A DNA stretch of 64,000 bases from Anthoceros angustus (lineage: Eukaryota; Plantae; Anthocerotophyta): NCBI GenBank assembly GCA_010909165.1, contig VJWM01000011.1, positions 434,001 through 498,000 on the forward strand, given 5' to 3'. The notes under the pieces are model-generated. The model made no database searches, was not told the DNA's origin, and saw only the letters and a list, made by a program, of their open reading frames with translations. Below are positions 61,861-64,000 of this stretch, piece by piece; within the stretch, counting starts at the first letter, position 1; each line of letters starts with the position of its first letter. The position numbers were made by a program, and so were the translations under genes.

Positions 61861-62464
61861 ACATCCCCGGATCTGCTTCCTCTTCCAAGCCCTTTGATTG
61901 GCGTTGTCGATGAACCAGCAGTAAAAGGATCTTCCAGGAAGGAGGGTCGTTTTACGATGCCTGAGGGTAAAACTCAAATGTAGGGAAGCGAACTCAGCAA
62001 AGCAAAGCGAGTTTAATAAAAAGGCGACCCGTTCCTTGCCCTCGACGACGCTAGCAGCGGAAGTCTTCAGCTGGTACCAGCTTTACGGTGCGGTCGGGTC
62101 TGGCCCCAGGGTCGTACCCTCCTGGTTCCACACGCTTCCATAGGCACTCTCTCCTATTACGTTTACGCGCTCCTGGTGGTGCTGTCGCCCGGCCGTGAAT
62201 CTTCAAGTGGGTGCAACTGCGATTGCCTCGCCCCAGCGGAGCCGGGAGCTGCACTCGTTGTTGGGTCTTGGGAGGCAGATCCTGGGGTGCTGAGTGGGTG
62301 GCTCTGTGCCTCTGTATAGCTGACGGTGTGGGATTTTTTGGATTTGGGTGGATCCGGATTCTGGCAATCTTGGAATGCTTGGAGGCTCAAGGTTGCATTT
62401 GTGTGATATCTAAATCAAGACTGTCCCTTGGTGGGCTTAACTTGACCAGGTGTTGTTCAAGCAG

Positions 62465-63445
62465 GATGCATTTGAACCACGATTATCAGTGGAGTTCAGA
62501 CGGAGGTGGATGCACTTTCGCATGTGGAGCATTTAAATCTTGTGAAGTTGATCGGATATCTTGAGGAAAATCAAGAGCGTATTCTTGTTGTGGAATTTGT
62601 CAATAATGGCAATCTGCGGGAGCACCTTGACGGTGAACATGATTGGAACCCGCCTCCTGTTTTAGTTTTAAGTTTCATGCTCTCTTGTCCGGCTTGGTGC
62701 ATTCCATTCGGTTTGGGTGAAACTTCTTTCTATATCTGTTCCTGATGGTATGTTCTATCTTCTTACTTGCTAGCTGTTTCTGCAGCAAGTACTGGAGGAT
62801 ATTGGACATTGGCAAGCGGCTGGACATTGCTATTGATGTGGCACATGCTTTAACTTATCTTCACACCTACTCTGGTAGGACTAATATGTCAACAAACAGC
62901 CTATTTCTAGTGACTGCTGGCCACATGTTGCAAAGTCATCTTACATCATAGCATTTCTGTGCAGACCGGCCTATTATTCACCGAGATGTGAAATCGTCAA
63001 ACATTCTTCTTACGGACACATACAGGGCCAAAGTAGCAGATTTTGGGTTTTCGAGGCTGGGCCTGAGGATGGTGGGGCAACTCATGTTTCCACGCAGGTT
63101 AAGGGCACAGCTGGTTACTTGGACCCTGAGTACTTGAACTCGTACCAGCTTACTCAAAAGAGTGATGTATACTCGTATGGAATCTTGCTTGTGAGATCTT
63201 CACGGGAGGCGACCCATCAGGCTGAAGAGACCTAGTGATGAGCGAGTGACCGTGAGATGGGTGAGTAAACGTTGCATGCTTGGAAATACTTGCCATCTTC
63301 AGATAGATTCTGACTGTTCTTGTCAGTCAAAACCATTTGAGGAGAGTGTTGTGTGCTTGTTGTCCTGGAGGTTGGTGACAGTCCTGAGTGTCCTGCGTTG
63401 ATCTCTAGGCATGGAAGAAAGTGAGCGATGGAATGGTGGCTGAAT
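62465..63445 (+). CDS. CRCK: Calmodulin-binding receptor-like cytoplasmic kinase (RLCK-IV/CRCK-type), central exons
   Basis: [35 protein letters not shown]; [16 protein letters not shown]; [15 protein letters not shown]...KVADFGFSR; [13 protein letters not shown]...[11 protein letters not shown]...ERVTVRW; short GT-AG introns. Confidence 0.85.
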
Positions 63446-64000
63446 GGGAGGTCTGTGACTTGGGGCGGTGCACTGCTGCTGCTGCTGGCTGCATAGTCTG
63501 TGCCAGGTTCTGGTTGAGGGCATTATGTGCTTGGCATGTGCTTTCTCTGTTGAAGCTGTTCGCCAGGGCCCGGCACGTTCCTCCATGGTCGTTGGGGGAG
63601 ATGGATTGTAGGTCAATCGGCCTCTTACGAGGCCTGCTTGTGTTGGTTTTGGGTTCTTTGGTGGTTGCAAATTTAGGCCTACTTGTGGAGGGGAAGGTTG
63701 TGGGTGGGTGTGAGCGTCTGTCTTTGTGTGAAGTATCTGAGGGGAATGTGGGAGGCGTAGTGGAGGGGTGCTGTCGTGTGCTGGTTGCTGCAAATGACAA
63801 AGGCTGCTTTTGTGCTGCTTCTCCTCAACACTGGGTTCTGTCAGCACTGGAAGTATGCAATGTGGCACTTCACACCTATGGCAGTCTGGAGTGTGCATCT
63901 ATCAAGGGTAAGATTTCTAGTGCAACGGGATTATGGACAGGCTTGTGCCTGGGCGTACAGTGTGTGATTCCGATGGGTGCTGTGTCTTTCCCTTTGGGCC

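Noticed and set aside
62030-62460. Possible 5' or transmembrane exon of the kinase, and an ORF at 63323-63898
   Set aside because: No motif support, and the region is affected by junctions, so it cannot be assigned.

Overview
Eukaryotic plant nuclear DNA, most likely a hornwort (inference: a DYW:KP domain ending in GRP, a DYW:WW-type PG box, short introns and GC-rich intronless genes). No rRNA, tRNA or CRISPR array was recognised. Bases 1-26.7 kb are mostly an ordinary gene and TE landscape: MOS14/transportin-SR (+), a WVD2/WDL TPX2-domain gene (-) with a 1.17-kb internal duplication, several CRE-like RLE non-LTR retrotransposon fragments, a non-autonomous CACTA element with an AGT TSD, a DYW:KP(GRP) remnant, a decayed PLS-PPR, a divergent 2OG-Fe(II) dioxygenase, an intact 23-motif PLS-PPR with a decayed DYW:WW domain, and a kinase fragment. 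From about 26.7 to 58 kb, and again to about 63.4 kb, roughly 10-11 kb of unique sequence (an intronless SEC23, an HSPA12-like HSP70 gene and their flanks) is shuffled and re-copied in direct orientation. All 33 junctions I could measure on both sides lie at exact microhomologies of 9 nt (24), 10 nt (6) or 11 nt (3), and none is shorter. That is the distribution expected of random matches above a hard k=9 floor. Together with long-read-style homopolymer indels, it points mainly to an assembly or consensus artefact; real 9-nt template switching is the exciting but less likely alternative. The window ends with a long CRE-like element and a CRCK-type receptor-like cytoplasmic kinase whose pieces are also permuted.
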